This document shows, one piece after another, positions 39,100 through 53,819 of a stretch of 64,000 nt of DNA. Under the pieces are notes generated by a model, which saw only the letters and a program-made list of their open reading frames with translations, ran no database searches and was not told the origin of the DNA. Source of the stretch: Stegostoma tigrinum (taxonomy: Eukaryota); assembly GCF_030684315.1 (NCBI RefSeq), contig NC_081365.1:18912062-18976061 (forward strand), written 5' to 3'. The stretch's first letter is position 1; each line of letters opens with the position of its first letter. The position numbers were made by a program, and so were the translations under genes.

Positions 39100-42000
39100 A
39101 ACTCTAAAGAGCCAAACTGCATTTATTTCGATGCAAGGGTCATACAGTTAAGGCTGATGAACTCAGGGCATGTTTAAGAACACTGGATTGAGACGTCACA
39201 GCTATTACAGAAACTTGGCTGGGATAGAGACAAGGCTGGCAGCCCAATGTTCCAGGTTTAGGAAGGAAAGGATGCAAGAAAGGTGGAGAGGTGTGCATTT
39301 TTGATGAAAAATACATTACTGCTGTAACTAGAGAAGATATTTCTGAAAAGTCGCCCAATGAAAATATGAATAAAAACAAGAAATAAGAAAGGAAAGATCA
39401 TTTTGATGGGATTGTTCTACAGGCCCCCCAACAATAAGAGGGAAATTGAGAAACAAATATGTAGGGAGATCTCAGATATATGTAAGCATAACAAGGTTCT
39501 AATAACAGGAGATTTTAATTTTCCAAACATTGACTGGGGCTACCACAGTGTTAAAGATTTGGATGGTGAAGAATTTGTCAAAATGTGTTCAAGGAAGCTT
39601 TCTTTATCAATATATGAATGCTCCTACGAGAGAAGGAGCAAAACTAGACCTTCCTTTCAGCAATAAGGCAGGCAAGTGACTCAAGTAGGGGTACACTTAG
39701 GGTCTAGCAATCACAATTCAATTAGCTTCAAAATGGTTATAGAAAAGGATAAGACTTCCATACAAGTTCAAATTTTTAATTGGAGTCAGGTAAATTTTAA
39801 TGCTGAGACAAGAACTTTCAATAGTTGATTGGAGTAGACTGTTCGCAGGTAAAAGGTCATCTGACAAGTGGGAAGCATTCAAGAGCGTGATAATGAGAGT
39901 CATTTTGTTCCTGTTAGAGTGAAGAGTAATACTGGCAAGATTAAGGAACAATGGATTAATAAACATATTGAGGTTCTAGAACAAAAGAATCTTATTTTAG
40001 ATAGAGACAACGTGGCTCAAACGAATCGCTTGAAGAGTAGAGAATGCGTAGGGGCATTGTTCAAGAAATCAGGAAGGCAAAGAGTGAATATGAGATAGCA
40101 TTGGCAGATAAGGTTAAGGATAATCCAGAGATTCTACAAATGCATTAACAGCAACAGGGTGACAAGAGAGAAGTAGGTCTTCTTAAAGATCAAGGAGGTT
40201 GTCTGTGTTAAACCGCAGGAGATAGAAGATGCAAAACTAATGCATTTAGTGTATTAGTTTAGAGAATGCAGTGAAGTAAACTTTGATGTTTTTAAATCAG
40301 TTCACATTTTCAGAAGTGGAAGTTTGGGTGGTCTTCGAGAATATTAAAGTAGATAAATCTCCAGGACCTGATGTAATATATCCCAATTGAGAAGTAAGGG
40401 AGGAAATTGAGAGACACCTTGTAGAAATACTCACTTCATCTATAACTACAAGTGAGGTGATTGATGACTGGAAGGTGGTTAATGCTGTCCTTTTGTTTAA
40501 GAAAGGTAGTAAGGAGAAACCGGCAACTATAGGCTGTGAGTCAGACTTCGGTTGTAAGTAAATTGTTGGAGGTGATTATAAAAGTTAAGATTTATGGACA
40601 TTTAGAGGGGCAAAAGTTGATTATGGACAGTCACCATGATTTTGTGCAGGGAACATCACGTATCACAAACTTGATTGAGTTTTTTTGAGGAAGCTACCAA
40701 AAAGATTTGACAATAGCAGAGCAGTAGACCTTACTAAAATCCAAATAAACAAAGCATTTGACAAGGATCCACTTGGTAGACTAATTGGTAAAGTTAGGTC
40801 ACATGGGATTCAGGCTGAATTTGCCTATTGGATACATAATTGGCTTAACAGAAGACAGTGAGTGATGGTGGAGAGCTGCATTTCAGGCTGGAGGCATGTC
40901 ACCAGCCGTGTTCCACAGGGATTGATTCTGGATTCTCTTTTGCTTGTCATTTATATAAATGATTAGAATTAGAATCAGAATCCCTACAATGTGGAAACCA
41001 GCCCTGCAGCCCAAAATATCCACACCGACTCTCAAAGCATTCCACCCAAACCCATCCCCTGATAGCCGACCTAATCTACACATCCCTGAACACTATGGGC
41101 AATTTAGCATGACCAATCCGCCTAGCATGCACATTCTTGGATTGTGGGAGGAAACTGGAGCACCCAGAGGAAACCCATGCAGACACGGGGAGAACGTGCA
41201 AATTCCACACAGACAGTCACCCAAGGGTGGAATCGAACCCCTGAGACAGCAGTGCTAACCACTGGATGTGAATACAGAAGGAATGGTCAGTAAGTTTGTG
41301 GACAACAACAAAACTGATGGCATAGTAGACTGTGAAGGTGGTTTTCTAAGATTACAAAGGATCTTAATCAAATGGGTCAATGGGCTAAAGAATGGCAGGT
41401 AGGGTTCAATCTGGATAAGTGCAAGGCACAACAAACAAGTGCAGGGCTTATACACTTGATAGGGCCTTGGGTAGTGCTGTTAAATAGAGGGACCTAGGGG
41501 TGCAGTACATAATTCTTTGAAGTTTGTGTCACATATAGACAGGGTGGTTAAAAAGGCGTTGAGCACGCTTGCCTTCATTGCTTTGACTATGGGAGTTGGG
41601 ATGTTACGTTGAGGTTGCACAGGAGGCCTCTTCTGGAATACTGCGTCCAATTCTGATCCCTCAGTTATAGGAAGGATTTATCAAGCTGAAGAGGGCTCAG
41701 AAGAGATTTACCAGGATGTTGCTGGGTATGGAAGGTTTAAGTTATAAGGAAAGGCTGGATAGGCTGAGACTTATTTCACTGGAGCGTAGGAAGTTGGCAG
41801 CCGACCAAATAAAAAAGTTTGTAAAATAAGGACTGGTATAATTAGAGTTGATGCGAGTTGTCTTTTCTCTAGGATGGGGGATTTCAAGACTAGGGGACAC
41901 ATTTTTAAGGTGAGAAGAAAGATTTAAAAAAGACGAGAAGCAGGTTTTATTTTAAAGAGGGTGGTTCGTATGCAGAATGAACTTCCTGAAGAAGTGGTGG

Positions 42001-42160
42001 ATGTGGGACAATTACAATCAAAGTTTGAAAACATTTGGATAAGTGCATGAATAGGAAAAGTTTGGAGCGATATGGGCAGGAGAAGGCAGGTGATATTAGT
42101 TTAGTTTGGGATTATATTCGGCATGGACTAATTGGACTGAAGGGCCTGTTTCTCTGCTCT
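39100..42160 (+). mobile_element. Degenerate CR1 LINE ORF2 (endonuclease + RT)
   Basis: GLFYRPPN, GDFNFPNIDW, DKSPGPD, KAFDK, VPQG, LEYCVQF remnants. Confidence 0.9.
40962..41262 (-). mobile_element. HE1/V-SINE-like SINE nested in CR1
   Basis: tRNA head near 41262, V-domain-like core, short-repeat tail (ttagaa)n. Confidence 0.8.
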
Positions 42161-42477
42161 ATTACAGAGAACTGCAATAAGCAAGCAAAACAAGGTACTG
42201 TTTTGGTAAAATTGACAGTACAAGAAAGACAAAAGATTATTTAGAAGCATGTTACAAAAGGACAACATGAGAGAAAATAGATTTGAAACCACCATTGCGC
42301 ATGTATGTAAATAATTGTGCATTGTTAATCTCACAGAGAAATAGGATGCAGCTATAAATATTGTATGCCTCCTTTAATTTCTATGATTGGAACACTGCAT
42401 TAAGCAAACAACTACCCGTGACACAGTAAACATCACTTGCAAAAGCAGTCCCAGAAGACCTAAGCTTTCATTATTAG

Positions 42478-42815
42478 GGGAGGCAATGGCCTAGCAGCAT
42501 TATTGCTGGACTATTAATCCAGGGACCCAGATAACATAATTCCACCATCTGCCATAATGGGATTTTGAATTCAAAAAATATCTGGAATTATGAATCTAAT
42601 GATGACCTTGAATCTATTGTCGATTGTTGGAAAAAACCCATCTGGTTCACGAATGTCTTTTAGGAAAAGAAACTGCAACCTTTGTTGGGTCAGACCTACA
42701 TGCGACTCCAGAGCCCACAGTATTGTGATTGACTCTCAACTGCCCTCTGGGCAATTGGGGATGGGAAATAAATGCTGCTTCGCCAGCAACGTCCTCATCC
42801 CTTGAATGAATAAAA
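42478..42815 (+). mobile_element. DeuSINE-like (SacSINE1-like) SINE
   Basis: gggaggcaatggcctag head, Deu-like core, gggatgggaaataaatgctg tail. Confidence 0.75.
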
Positions 42816-43388
42816 AAACAAAACTGTTGGTTCAAATATACCACTTAAAAATAAGCTCATTGTAAGAATCAAAGAACAGAGGTGATCTGTTCACTTTTGA
42901 TCCTCCAATGAAACAATATAATTGGCATTTTTGATAGCATACAGTGCTTGAGTGTTTCCAAATTTCTCAGAAACAATGACTTTCAAAGTATTCTGTACAG
43001 AGCTAGACCAACCACATAAATATCGGATTGCAACAATAACTGACCCCAGTCTACCAGCCAGCCTATTTTGCTGGAAAAATAGCATAGGATGACAGAGCAT
43101 AAAATAGGCTATTTGATTTCTTACGCCTATGGGGCCTCTCGAAAGATCTGTACAATTAGTCCCACTCCCCCGCTCTTTCCACAACGCACTACAATGTATT
43201 TTGACAAGTACTCAGTTGATTGCACTTTGAAATTGAATACGATTCCATCATTGAAATACAAAACTAAACCAACACAGACCAAAACACCACACTGGCTCTT
43301 CTACTATTAGTTTAATATTCTGTTCTCAAATATACTGCCCGTTCCATGAATAGAAATAGACATTCCTTGTTTATTCATTTTTAATGAA

Positions 43389-43485
43389 CCTGTTCAGAGT
43401 GTTATGGCACACCTCTGGAGCAGATGGGCCTGGAAGTCAGACCTGCTGGCCCAGAGGTAGGGACTGTACCACTAAACCATAAGAA
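43389..43485 (-). repeat. Short tRNA-like dispersed repeat (other copies ~38492-38565, 49891-49985, 53945-54040)
   Basis: Shared tgttcagagatgttattacacacctctggagcag...gggacttgaacc...ggtagggacactacca. Confidence 0.7.
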
Positions 43486-44713
43486 CATTATTTACTTTCA
43501 TTGCTTTTCCCCCAGTATCAAATCACCCATGACATTTTTTCACCTATTAACCACCGCCAGCAAATCACCTATGTTTTGTAAATGTTTAATTTAAACATGG
43601 AGCCTGTTAAAGGGCAATGTAAACTATCAAAATGTGATGAAGAGATACGGAGAAGGGGACAGAGCTAAATCAAAATAGAATTGCAACAGGAGATAAAGCA
43701 CCACCTTTCAAAAGATATCTAGAGGATGGAAGGACACCACTGCTCCTTCTTCAAGAACACCCAGGCTCGCACACAGCCATGAAAGGCGGCCAGGCCATCA
43801 ACAGCTATGACCCCCTCCACAACCTGCTGCCCAGAGCTGTTAGTAGCTAGCCTTGTCAGGTCCAGGAGCAGACCCATGAGATGGTCCTCTGACCTGCCTA
43901 CAATCCTTTGCACCATACACACATTGATCTACACAGTATGGCTGAAGGCAAACAAAAAGCACAATAAAAGGTGCTGGTTGAAGACATGACCAAGCACACT
44001 TCCTCACACTCCTTCCCAGGTCAGCATGAAAAGCACATCATTGGTATAAACCCAAAGAACCACCTCTGCATCTGACCTAGGCAGAGCCAATCCTGACACC
44101 CTACTCTGCAAGAAGCACCGCAAAGGCTATATGCACAGGCAGTACAGTTAGACAAGGTACTGTCCTGACGCACTCCTCTGACAAAGCCAAGGGGCACCAT
44201 CAAGGACCTGTTAATTCCAATCAAATCCTTGGAGGTGGCATACAAAAGTTAGATTTGGGCAATAAACTGCACCCCAAACCAGAGTGCTTGCAGAGTCTGA
44301 GTAAATACTTGGGATCCACCAAGTTGAATGCCTTCTCCCGATTAAAGAAAAGAAAGGCACTTGACAGATCAGACCTCTGAGAATAATGAATCAGGCCCTG
44401 GATATTCAGATACTGTCATGGATCCTCTGGCCCAGGACTGCGCAGGCCTGGTTAGAGCGTATCATGTGGTCCAAAATGGATCCGAGGCAAGATGATAACC
44501 ATCAGGCGAACATCTTGTTATCTGTGCCAAGAAAGGGAGAACTGGCAACATTATTTTAGCAAATGAAGGGCTCCCTTCCTGGGCAGCAAGGATGATGACC
44601 ACTCTGTGCCAAGAAAAGGCTAGCTCTCGAACTGCAAAACATTGCTTGAGGACCCACATGTAGTCATTCCCCAGGAAGTGCCACAACACCCTGAAGAACT
44701 GCACGGTCAGTCT

Positions 44714-44868
44714 TAAAATAAAACAAAGAACTGCGGCTGCTAGAAATCCAAAACTAAAACTGAAATTCATGGAGAACAGTTCTGATAGACCCAAAATGTT
44801 AACTTTGCTTTCTCCCCACAGATGCTGCAAGACCTGCTGAGTTGCTCCAGCAATTTCTGTTCTTGTTC
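44714..44868. mobile_element. Miniature two-armed PLE (family B, old)
   Basis: Tail arm plus inverted arm; degenerate TSD cacggtcagtct / catagtcagcct. Confidence 0.6.
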
Positions 44869-45800
44869 CATAGTCAGCCTGCCCAGACCCAGGGTGTGGG
44901 AGCCAGGCGAGGGTACCAGTCAGTTCCTTTAAAGTGATAAGAACATTGAGCATGCCAGCATTCCCTCACGCCAACCTGCATTAAGTCTTCGCACAGGGTT
45001 CTGTGAAAATCCTCACTGAATAGATCAAGAGAGAACATAGTTTGTAATAGGCCCTGATGCCCTCTATATCTAAGACAAGGAACTCAATGCAGTCAATAGC
45101 ACAAGCAGTTGCTGACAGCCCTCTCCGTCTTCTTGCCTGGAGTAGAAGGGAAAGCCATGATCCAGGTCCCCAAGGATCCAGACCCATGATCTCAAACATA
45201 CCACAGGAACCAATGAGTTGCACATACCTCAGGATGCCCTTTCTTTCTTTATATAAACCTTCGCACCCCCCCCCCCCCACCACACCCCCAAAAGGGCAGG
45301 TCCAAATCAGGCTGACTGAAAAGAGATTCCAGGTCAAGCACCACCGCCTCCAACATCTCAATTCTCGATTTCCACCACTGTCAACACATCACATATTCGA
45401 GAAAAGGCCAGGCATGAATCTTACTCACATCCCATCAGTCTCTAGGAGGGGAAGCCGTCAAACCTTAATTCTTAAGCTGGTCCAAAGCCAATGGAACAAT
45501 TTTCAGGACCACTCATTCTCCAGCAGCAGATTGTTACAAGTTCCAGCACTTGGACCTCAGCTGGAATGGGTGAGCTCTGCCCACACTAGATGGTGGTCCA
45601 TTTTTGGCACTTGCTGCACGGATGCCACCAGGGGTATGAAGGAGACGCATACCCATGTAACATGCAGGTAGTTGATTCTCAAAGCTCCGACCTGAGGCCT
45701 CGGAAAAGTAAAGAAGTGATGGAGTCAAGGTGGAGATTCCACCAGATCAAAGGGCTTGACAAAGTCCCTCAGTCTCTTCAACACTGAACTGGCATCAACA

Positions 45801-47105
45801 GGTAATGAAATGTGAGGCTGGATGAACACAGCAGGCCCAGCAGCATCTCAGGAGCACAAAAGCTGACATTTCGGGCCTGGGCCCTTCATCAGAGAGGGGG
45901 ATGGGGTGAGGGTTCTGGAATAAGTGGGGAGAGAGGGGGAGGTGGACCGAAGATGGAGAGAAAAGAAGATAGGTGGAGAGGACAGTATTGGTGGGGAGGT
46001 AGGGAGGGGATAGGTCAGTCCAGGGAAGACGGACAGGTCAAGGAGGTGGGATGAGGTTAGTAGGTAGGAGATGGAGGTGCGGCTTGGGGTGGGAGGAAGG
46101 GATGGGTGAGAGGAAGAACCGGTTAGGGAGGCAGAGATAGGTTGGACTGGTTTTGGGATGCAGTGGGTGGAGGGGAAGAGCTGGGCTGGTTGTGTGGTGC
46201 AGTGGGGGGAGGGGACGAACTGGGCCGGTTTTGGGATGCGGTGGGGGAAGGGGAGATTTTGAAGCTGGTGAAGTCCACATTGATACCATTGGGCTGCAGG
46301 ATTCCCAAGCGGAATATGAGTTGCTGTTATTGCAACCTTCGGGTGGCATCATTGTGGCACTGCAGGAGGCCCTTGATGGACGTGTCATCTAAAGAATGGG
46401 AGGGGGAGTGGAAATGGTTTGCGACTGGGAGGTGCAGTTGTTTATTGCGTTTCCATTTCCACTCCCCCTCCCATTCCTTAGATGACGTGTCCATCATGGG
46501 CCTCCTGCAATGCCACAATGATGCCACCCGAAGGTCGCAGGAACAGCAACTCATATTCCGCTTGGGAACCCTGCAGCCCAATGGTATCAATGTGGACTTC
46601 ACCAGCTTCAAAATCTCCCCTTCCCCCACCACATCCCAAAACCAGCCCAGTTCGTCCCCTCCCCCCACTGCACCACACAACCAGCCCAGCTCTTCCCCTC
46701 CACCCACTGCATCCCAAAACCAGTCCAACCTGTCTCTGCCTCCCCAACCGGTTCTTCCTCTCACCCATCCCTTCCTCCCACCCCAAGCCGCACCTCCATC
46801 TCCTACCTACTAACCTAATCCCACCTCCTTGACCTGTCCGTCTTCCCTGGACTGACCTATCCCCTCCCTACCTCCCCACCTATACTCTCCTCTCCGCCTA
46901 TCTTCTTTTCTCTCCATCTTCGGTCCACCTCCCCCTTTCTCCCTATTTATTCCAGAACCTTCACCCCATCCCCCTCTCTGATGAGGGGTCTAGGCCCGAA
47001 ACATCAGCTTTTGTGCTCCTGAAATGCTGCTGGGCCTGCTGTGTTCGTCCAGCCTCACATTCCATTATCTTGGATTCTCCAGAATCTGCAGTTCCCATTA
47101 TCACA
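45801..47105. mobile_element. 1.3-kb fold-back family A PLE
   Basis: Minus arm 45803-46450, plus arm 46451-47104 with tail; TSD gcatcaaca at 45792-45800 and 47106-47114. Confidence 0.93.
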
Positions 47106-50100
47106 GCATCAACACCACCTTGGTCCCGTCCTTGAAGATGCAATCAAAATTTTCTACTTTTCCCAGGATAACACACTGGCCTTCGATGGAGACAAGACGA
47201 ACAGACACTTCTTCCAACCAGAGAAGCATACACATTCATGGCGTGAAGTGCCACAAACTCTAGTCAGACATTCAGGTGAAGCAAACAGCCTGGCACTGGT
47301 ACTTGCCCTCCAAGATCTCCAGTTGAAATTGTGGGGTCAGTCAATAAGATAGCCACCCTGCCAGAACTGGAAGCAAGGTGACTCATTTAGATCCTTCCCT
47401 GCCACTCCAGAAGCCAGGTGGCTTTGTCTTCCAGGGTAGTGTGGATTTCCTGTTGGAAGAACATAGCATACTGCCTTTCATGGGGAACAGAGAAGTTTAG
47501 GAACATGCATGGTGGCTCCCTGCAACCACCGAAGTTGAGGCTAGCTATAATTGTCTTCACATTACCAGCGCTGTGCAATTGGCACCATCAACCTCAGTGT
47601 CTGTAAGGAGGAAAGGCACACACAATTACCCAAGCGCTTCAAAGCTGGCTAGAGTCTTTCACAGCAATGCAGATCTTTGTCCAGAAACTTCTCAGTGGGG
47701 ATGAAGAGGACCTCAGTGAGGGGGAGAGGTAGGCCACAGCAGAATCCCCAAGCTCACTACAGAGTGTCTTCACATCATTCTCAATGCCTACCATTGAGGT
47801 CTCAACTACTGGGTGATCATCTTCAGCTCCAAGCCCTCAGCCAACAAGAATTCACTTCCCCAGTGTCACCATCCCCAGAAGGGAGTTCCTTAGCAGACAT
47901 CATGGGTACCGGTCATCGGGTGGCAGACACTTGGGACCCTGCTCTCCTCATGATACTGGATCATCTGGCCCCTCAGGGAAAGAGTCCTCCCCCAAGACTA
48001 CAGTACACAGTAAAATTGTGCAGGAACGAATGAGGAAATGACCCTATTGCTCACCAGCCTGGTGACTCAGAAAAATCACCGTGCCAGTGATGTGGCCCTT
48101 TGAGGTGCCTGGTAAAATACAAGCAAGTATCAGTAGGATATGCCACATCCCTTGAGGTGCCTGTCATGACAGTCTGATACACCAGACCCAGCACTTACAA
48201 GAGCTCAGGAGGAGTTACCCCTTAAAGGGAGCGCCGCCACTTCCTGGTCATAATGGCAGCTTCCATGCTTCCTGTCACTCAGACTTTTTGGTTCTTTGCA
48301 TCTCCCTCCAAGATTCTCAGCAATCAAAATGCTGTGGCAAGTTTGAGGAAGGTCCAAGGAAACCTGCTGCTGTGATCTCCGGCCTCAACTTGGGACTCCT
48401 GTGCCGTGATGATGAAGGGTAAGGTCAAGGGCTATTCACACACTTTTCATGCTGAAGTGATGAAGGCTGGGGTCAGGTTTGGAATCACTGCACTGGTTTG
48501 TCACAGGTGGGGCAAGACGGATTGGAACTCAGACTCTAGGGGCAGAGCATCAAACTCCAGGGTGCAAGAGGACACATCCCCAGAGGTTTCATTTTGCATC
48601 ATGCCTTTCTTCCAAGCAGATGCTCATCCCACTCCCCAACAGAAGCCATGACGATAGTAACCTCTGCCTTAGGCCCTATTTACAAGTCTCTGGGTGCTGC
48701 TTTTGGAGACAGAGTAGGCACGGTGGTGCCACCAGCAGTCACTGGTGGGCTTAGGCAGCCTTAGAGTGGGGCAATTTATTTTTAATTTATTTATTGTTTC
48801 TTGCACAAGTTGCCCCATCCACCAATCCCCTCATGGAACACAGAGAAAGCTCCTCAGTAACCTCCTCGCAGGTCAGGCTGACAAAGACAAAGGCTGCTGT
48901 CCTTCAACACAAGTGAGACACGTACTTTATTCCTGACTTCACCTCCCCCAGGTGCCACGGAAGTGGAAGAGGAAGAGCTTACTGACAATGAGGAGATTGG
49001 GCATAAGAGATTACCAAACAGTGCCATGATCCAAGAGATCCACCAGCAGGTAGGCCCTAGTAAGTCTCTTCTCCAAGGCCAGGTTTACTACCTGCTTGGA
49101 CAGAAGGGAAAAGACAACTTTGCCACATATTTTAGATACTGTAACAATGGTTGATGGGCCAACAGTACTAGGCATCGCCCTCATATGGGATTCAATTGAC
49201 ATGTCCAGGTGGGTTTTTTTTTGAAACCACAGATTGTTTACCAAAGGTCATAGAGCCATAACTGCAGCAGTCGTGGCTACCTCAACATAGGACTTGAACC
49301 TTGCCATTGGCAACGTTGGTGTTAAAATTACCATAGGTCTTCAAGCCACACCAACCTCTCAATTATTGAGAAAAACACAAACAAAATGAGCCCCAACTGT
49401 TCAAAGGCTGTTGTACAGGCCCCTGGAAGTAATTACAGGTCCACAGATAGCAGCAGAGTTTGCAGCAACAGTCCACGGAGCCTCCAGGCCAGAAATGCAA
49501 ATATTCAAAGCAGCCCCAGGCAACACCAGCAACAATCCAAGGGGCCTCCAGATAGCAACCAAAGCAGTAACAGTTTAAGGGGACTCAGGCAGCACACAGC
49601 AATTCCCGCTCAGACCCAAGCAACAGCACCAACTTTAACTCCAGGTTGCAGCACAGGTTCCAGTTTTCAGATTTCAGCCTTCAGGGTCCTCTCACTCTTT
49701 AGTCTCCACTTTGTGCTCCAGCCTCAGGCTTCATGACAGGCAATAGGCACCACTTTCTAATCTCCAAGCAGCAGCAACCAGCTCCTCTTCCTCCACAGCA
49801 CTCTATGGTCCAAACTCTCAAGGCCTTCTGGGTCCAAGCATGGTTCACTATCACAGTGCCACAAGAAGCCTTTATTTACACAAAATATTTTCCTGTTCAG
49901 AGATGTTATTACACACCTCTGCAGATGGGACTTGAACCTGTCTGTTGGGTCAGAGGTAAGGACAGTATCAGTGTGCCACTAGAACATTTATTTGCTCGCA
50001 ACAAAACCTTTCAATATTTTGAAAGCCTGCATCAAATCTCTGCCTAACCTCATCAGACTCACCACAGTTTAAATCTTGCACATGAAATCATTTTGGGAAT

Positions 50101-50539
50101 CTCATTTACACCGCATCTATAGCCTTGATAGCTTTTGTAGCCTGATGTCCAGAATTGTCCACAATCTTCCAACTGGGACATAGTCGCTGATTTATAAATG
50201 ATACGGCAAGTCTCTATAAAGCCAAACAGTCCTTGTGTACTTGCATATACAAATTCTCCAGATCTTTTTTCTCCCCTATAATACTACACCCATTGACTTG
50301 ATACTGCCTTTACTCATGCTTCCTACAGAAATTAGTCATTTCAGAGCTTCATATTAATATGCCTTTTTCAGCAATGTTTTTAATTTCCTGGCGCATCAAG
50401 AATTCTGTTTTCTATATTATCTTTAAACGTTGGAATTATGCCCAGATTGCTAATATATTTTAAAAATTATACCGGTTCCAACACCAAACCCTGAGGAACT
50501 TAAGCACTACAACTGATATTTATATAGCACTATTAATAA

Positions 50540-51262
50540 TTAAACTAAAGAACTGATCATTGACTTCAGAAAGAAAGGAGGAGAACATGCCCCATCTTCA
50601 TCAATGGAACTGAGGTTCAGATGGTGCAGTGCATCAAGTTGCTCAGACTGACAATAGCCGACAACCTGTCCTGGACTTCCCAGGTAGATGTGACAATCAA
50701 GAAAGCACAACAATACCTCTTCTTTCTCAGGCAGCTCAAGAAATTTGGCATGTCCATAAGGACTCTCATCAACTACTAAAGATGCACTATTGAAAGCATA
50801 CTGTCCAAGTGCATAACTGCCTTGTATGACAATTGCTCTGCCCATGACTGTAAGAAACCACAGAAGGTGGTGTGCACAGCCCAGACTATCACAGAAGACA
50901 AATTTCCATCCACGGATTCCATTTACACAGCTCACTGCCACAGAAAGGCTGCCAACAAAGACCCATCGCACCTAGTAATGATCTCCTACGACCCCTTCTG
51001 TCAGGCAGAAGGTACACAAGCCTGAACACACCCGAGCAGGTTCAGGAACAGCTTCTTCTTGGCCGTTATCAGAATGATAATGAACTCTAGCCTCAAATAA
51101 TGCTGATCTTGCTAACACTGACCTCACCTAGCGTATGGCCTGTGCGACATAACCTGTATGCCCCAAGTCTTTTTGATCTGTACATCCTTGCTTACTACGA
51201 TTGACCTGTACTGTTCATAAACAAAGCTTTTCACTGAATTTCAGTACACGCGACAATAAATT
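50540..51262 (+). mobile_element. Rex1/Babar-type LINE 3' end
   Basis: KTKELIIDFRK...LSWTSQVD..IKKAQQYLFFLRQLKKF...CTIESILS. Confidence 0.85.
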
Positions 51263-51491
51263 TATTAAAATACCCCAAGTTGCTTGACAGGAGCATTGCG
51301 ATACCCCTGTGGAAGGTATCTGTGAACATTTCCCTCTAAGGTTAAAAATCATTACTCTCCACCCTCATTTTGATTCTTAGACAATTTGGAGCACAGGAAA
51401 AAAAAGAGAAAATTAGCAGCCAAGATTACTATTTCATCTGGGATATTTAAAAATGTAACCGTAGAGCATCAATCAAACAGAACTGGGCAGG

Positions 51492-51661
51492 AGATAATGG
51501 GAACTGCAGATGCTGCAGAATCCGAGATAACGAAGTGTGGAGCTGGAGCCTAAGCATGGAGCTTTTTCTGATGAAGAGTCCAGGCTGAAACGTCAGCTTT
51601 TGTGCTCCTAAGATGTTGCTTGGTCTGCTGTGTTCACCCAGGTCCACACTTTGTTTTCTCG
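51492..51661. mobile_element. Miniature two-armed PLE (family A-like) with filler at arm junction
   Basis: TSD gaactgg(g/a)cagg at 51480-51491 and 51662-51673. Confidence 0.85.
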
Positions 51662-52692
51662 GAACTGGACAGGGCTCAAGTTTTCCAGCACAATAAGTTA
51701 AGTGCCCTCTCACCCAAGTAAAAAGGCACCATAAATGATCTATGCAATCAAATTCAATCAAAATGCTTTAGGAACGGTTAAGGTACCAGCAGTGCAAATC
51801 AGTTTTTAAAAAAATTTACTGACACCTAGTTACTGTGTATTGAACTCATGTTCACTTCTCAGATAGCCAAGCATCTAGGGTATACACTATGCTCAAGATA
51901 ACAAAACTATTGTCAGTAAAACATGGATTCTGACAAAGAAGAGGTTCCATTAATATTATTCATAGCTTGCAATTATAAACCTTTATAGTGACTTTAAAAA
52001 AGTAAAACAACTCACTGGGTTTACATAAGAATTATGAAACTAGAATTTACCACCGAGCCACAAAAAAAAACATCAAGACTGATGACCAAAAGCTTGGTCC
52101 AAGTGAGCATTGTTTTTTGGAGGCGGGGGGGTCGATGGTGGTGGTGGAGGTGGTGTTCAGACAGAACATTCATGGCACAGAAATGATCCAGCTTGCGTTA
52201 TCACTGCCTAAGACAAAACAATTAAAACTGGTGATGCACAATAGGCAAAAAAAATTGGAAGAATACAAACATCTTGGAGGGTCATAGGCTGGAACTGTTT
52301 ACAGAGAAATGAGTTGAGGGATTGAAAATCAATGATTATAATTTGTAGGGTTTTGTGATAATTGGGTACAGCATTTCTTACATTATTTATGAAGAACCAC
52401 ATCTGTTATTTCCATGTCAGATCTGCTATCCAACAACTGCTGTTCAAAATGCCTCACCAGACGGATAAAATTCTCAGAAAATGACAACTACTTGGGCATC
52501 GCATAAAACCCAAGAACATTGTGATGCCGAACTTAATGCAGAAGATTCCATGTGATATTTTAACGTCTGAAAATAAAGCAATTGCAATAATTTCCATCTC
52601 ATACAGACTTGCTAAGTAGTACAACTGCTAGCAAAATGACTATGAATGGCTGCAACCAGACAGCTAATCAACTAAATAGCATTCATATTTCA

Positions 52693-52929
<237 letters not shown>

Positions 52930-53819
52930 TTAAATCAGAAAGAGGATGCAACACATTGGTGCAGTCAAGCAAAACCGTACATTCTAGCCTCAGCCATCCT
53001 TCAGAATCTAATTTCCTACTGAAATGGAATTAAATCCAGTGTACTCGGCCCAAAATGAGATAAATGGCAGAGACCGCAAAATATAAACAAACATGATGAG
53101 TCTAATTTTACTGTCTTGATGTGCACAATATTTTAAAGAATAGCTAGCGAAATCAGAAAGAATGTAAGTGGTGAAGTATAGAGAGGGCAACGAGGTAAGA
53201 TCCAATAGTGTTTTAACTTTTCTCAACTTTAAGGCTAAATCCAAATCCAAAATCTGACCAGAACAACAATTTCAACAAGATTGCTAATAATAATTTTAAA
53301 AATGCAGCTCATTCTACATTAACCAGAAGCTGGAGCAATTCAGATTGTCAGGATGCTAATTTGTTAATTATTGATAAATCACATAACAATCATCTTTAAC
53401 ATTAAAAATGTCCCAACGCACTTCGTAGTAGCATTATAAAGTTGACAAACTACTCAAGCAGATTTCAGTGCATATGACCACAATCATGACTACAACAGTT
53501 AGGGACTTGGATCAGTTTCAAATTGGGGTAGCAAAGTTTTGGATGGCACAAATTTTATAGCATAAAATGTAAGTCACTGGCCAGAAAAGCACTGAACAGT
53601 CAAGTCTCCAGGTAACATAGATAGGAAGTGTTTGTTTCAACAGCAGAGCATAATCAATTGGAAATTGGGTTGATACTTTCTGCTTTGCGAGAAGAGTTCA
53701 CTGAGGTTTACGCATATTGTGACTGTCATTATTGTTAATATTTGAAATTTCATTATCACCTGTCTTTCAAATCAACCCGTTCAGAAACTTGGAGAAAAAT
53801 CATAGTCCAGTATCTCAAT

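Larger units (their letters stand above)
43700..49150 (-). mobile_element. Highly degenerate Tx1/L1-clade LINE
   Basis: GVRQDSTLS (GVRQGCPLS-like) at ~44150-44180 and scattered RT-like remnants; boundaries uncertain. Confidence 0.45.

Noticed and set aside
45057-45671. 204-aa plus-strand ORF
   Set aside because: Lies antisense within a decayed LINE; no recognisable motif
46142-46813. 223-aa ORF with GIY-YIG C-terminus
   Set aside because: Chimeric read-through across the fold-back junction; no start context or complete domain
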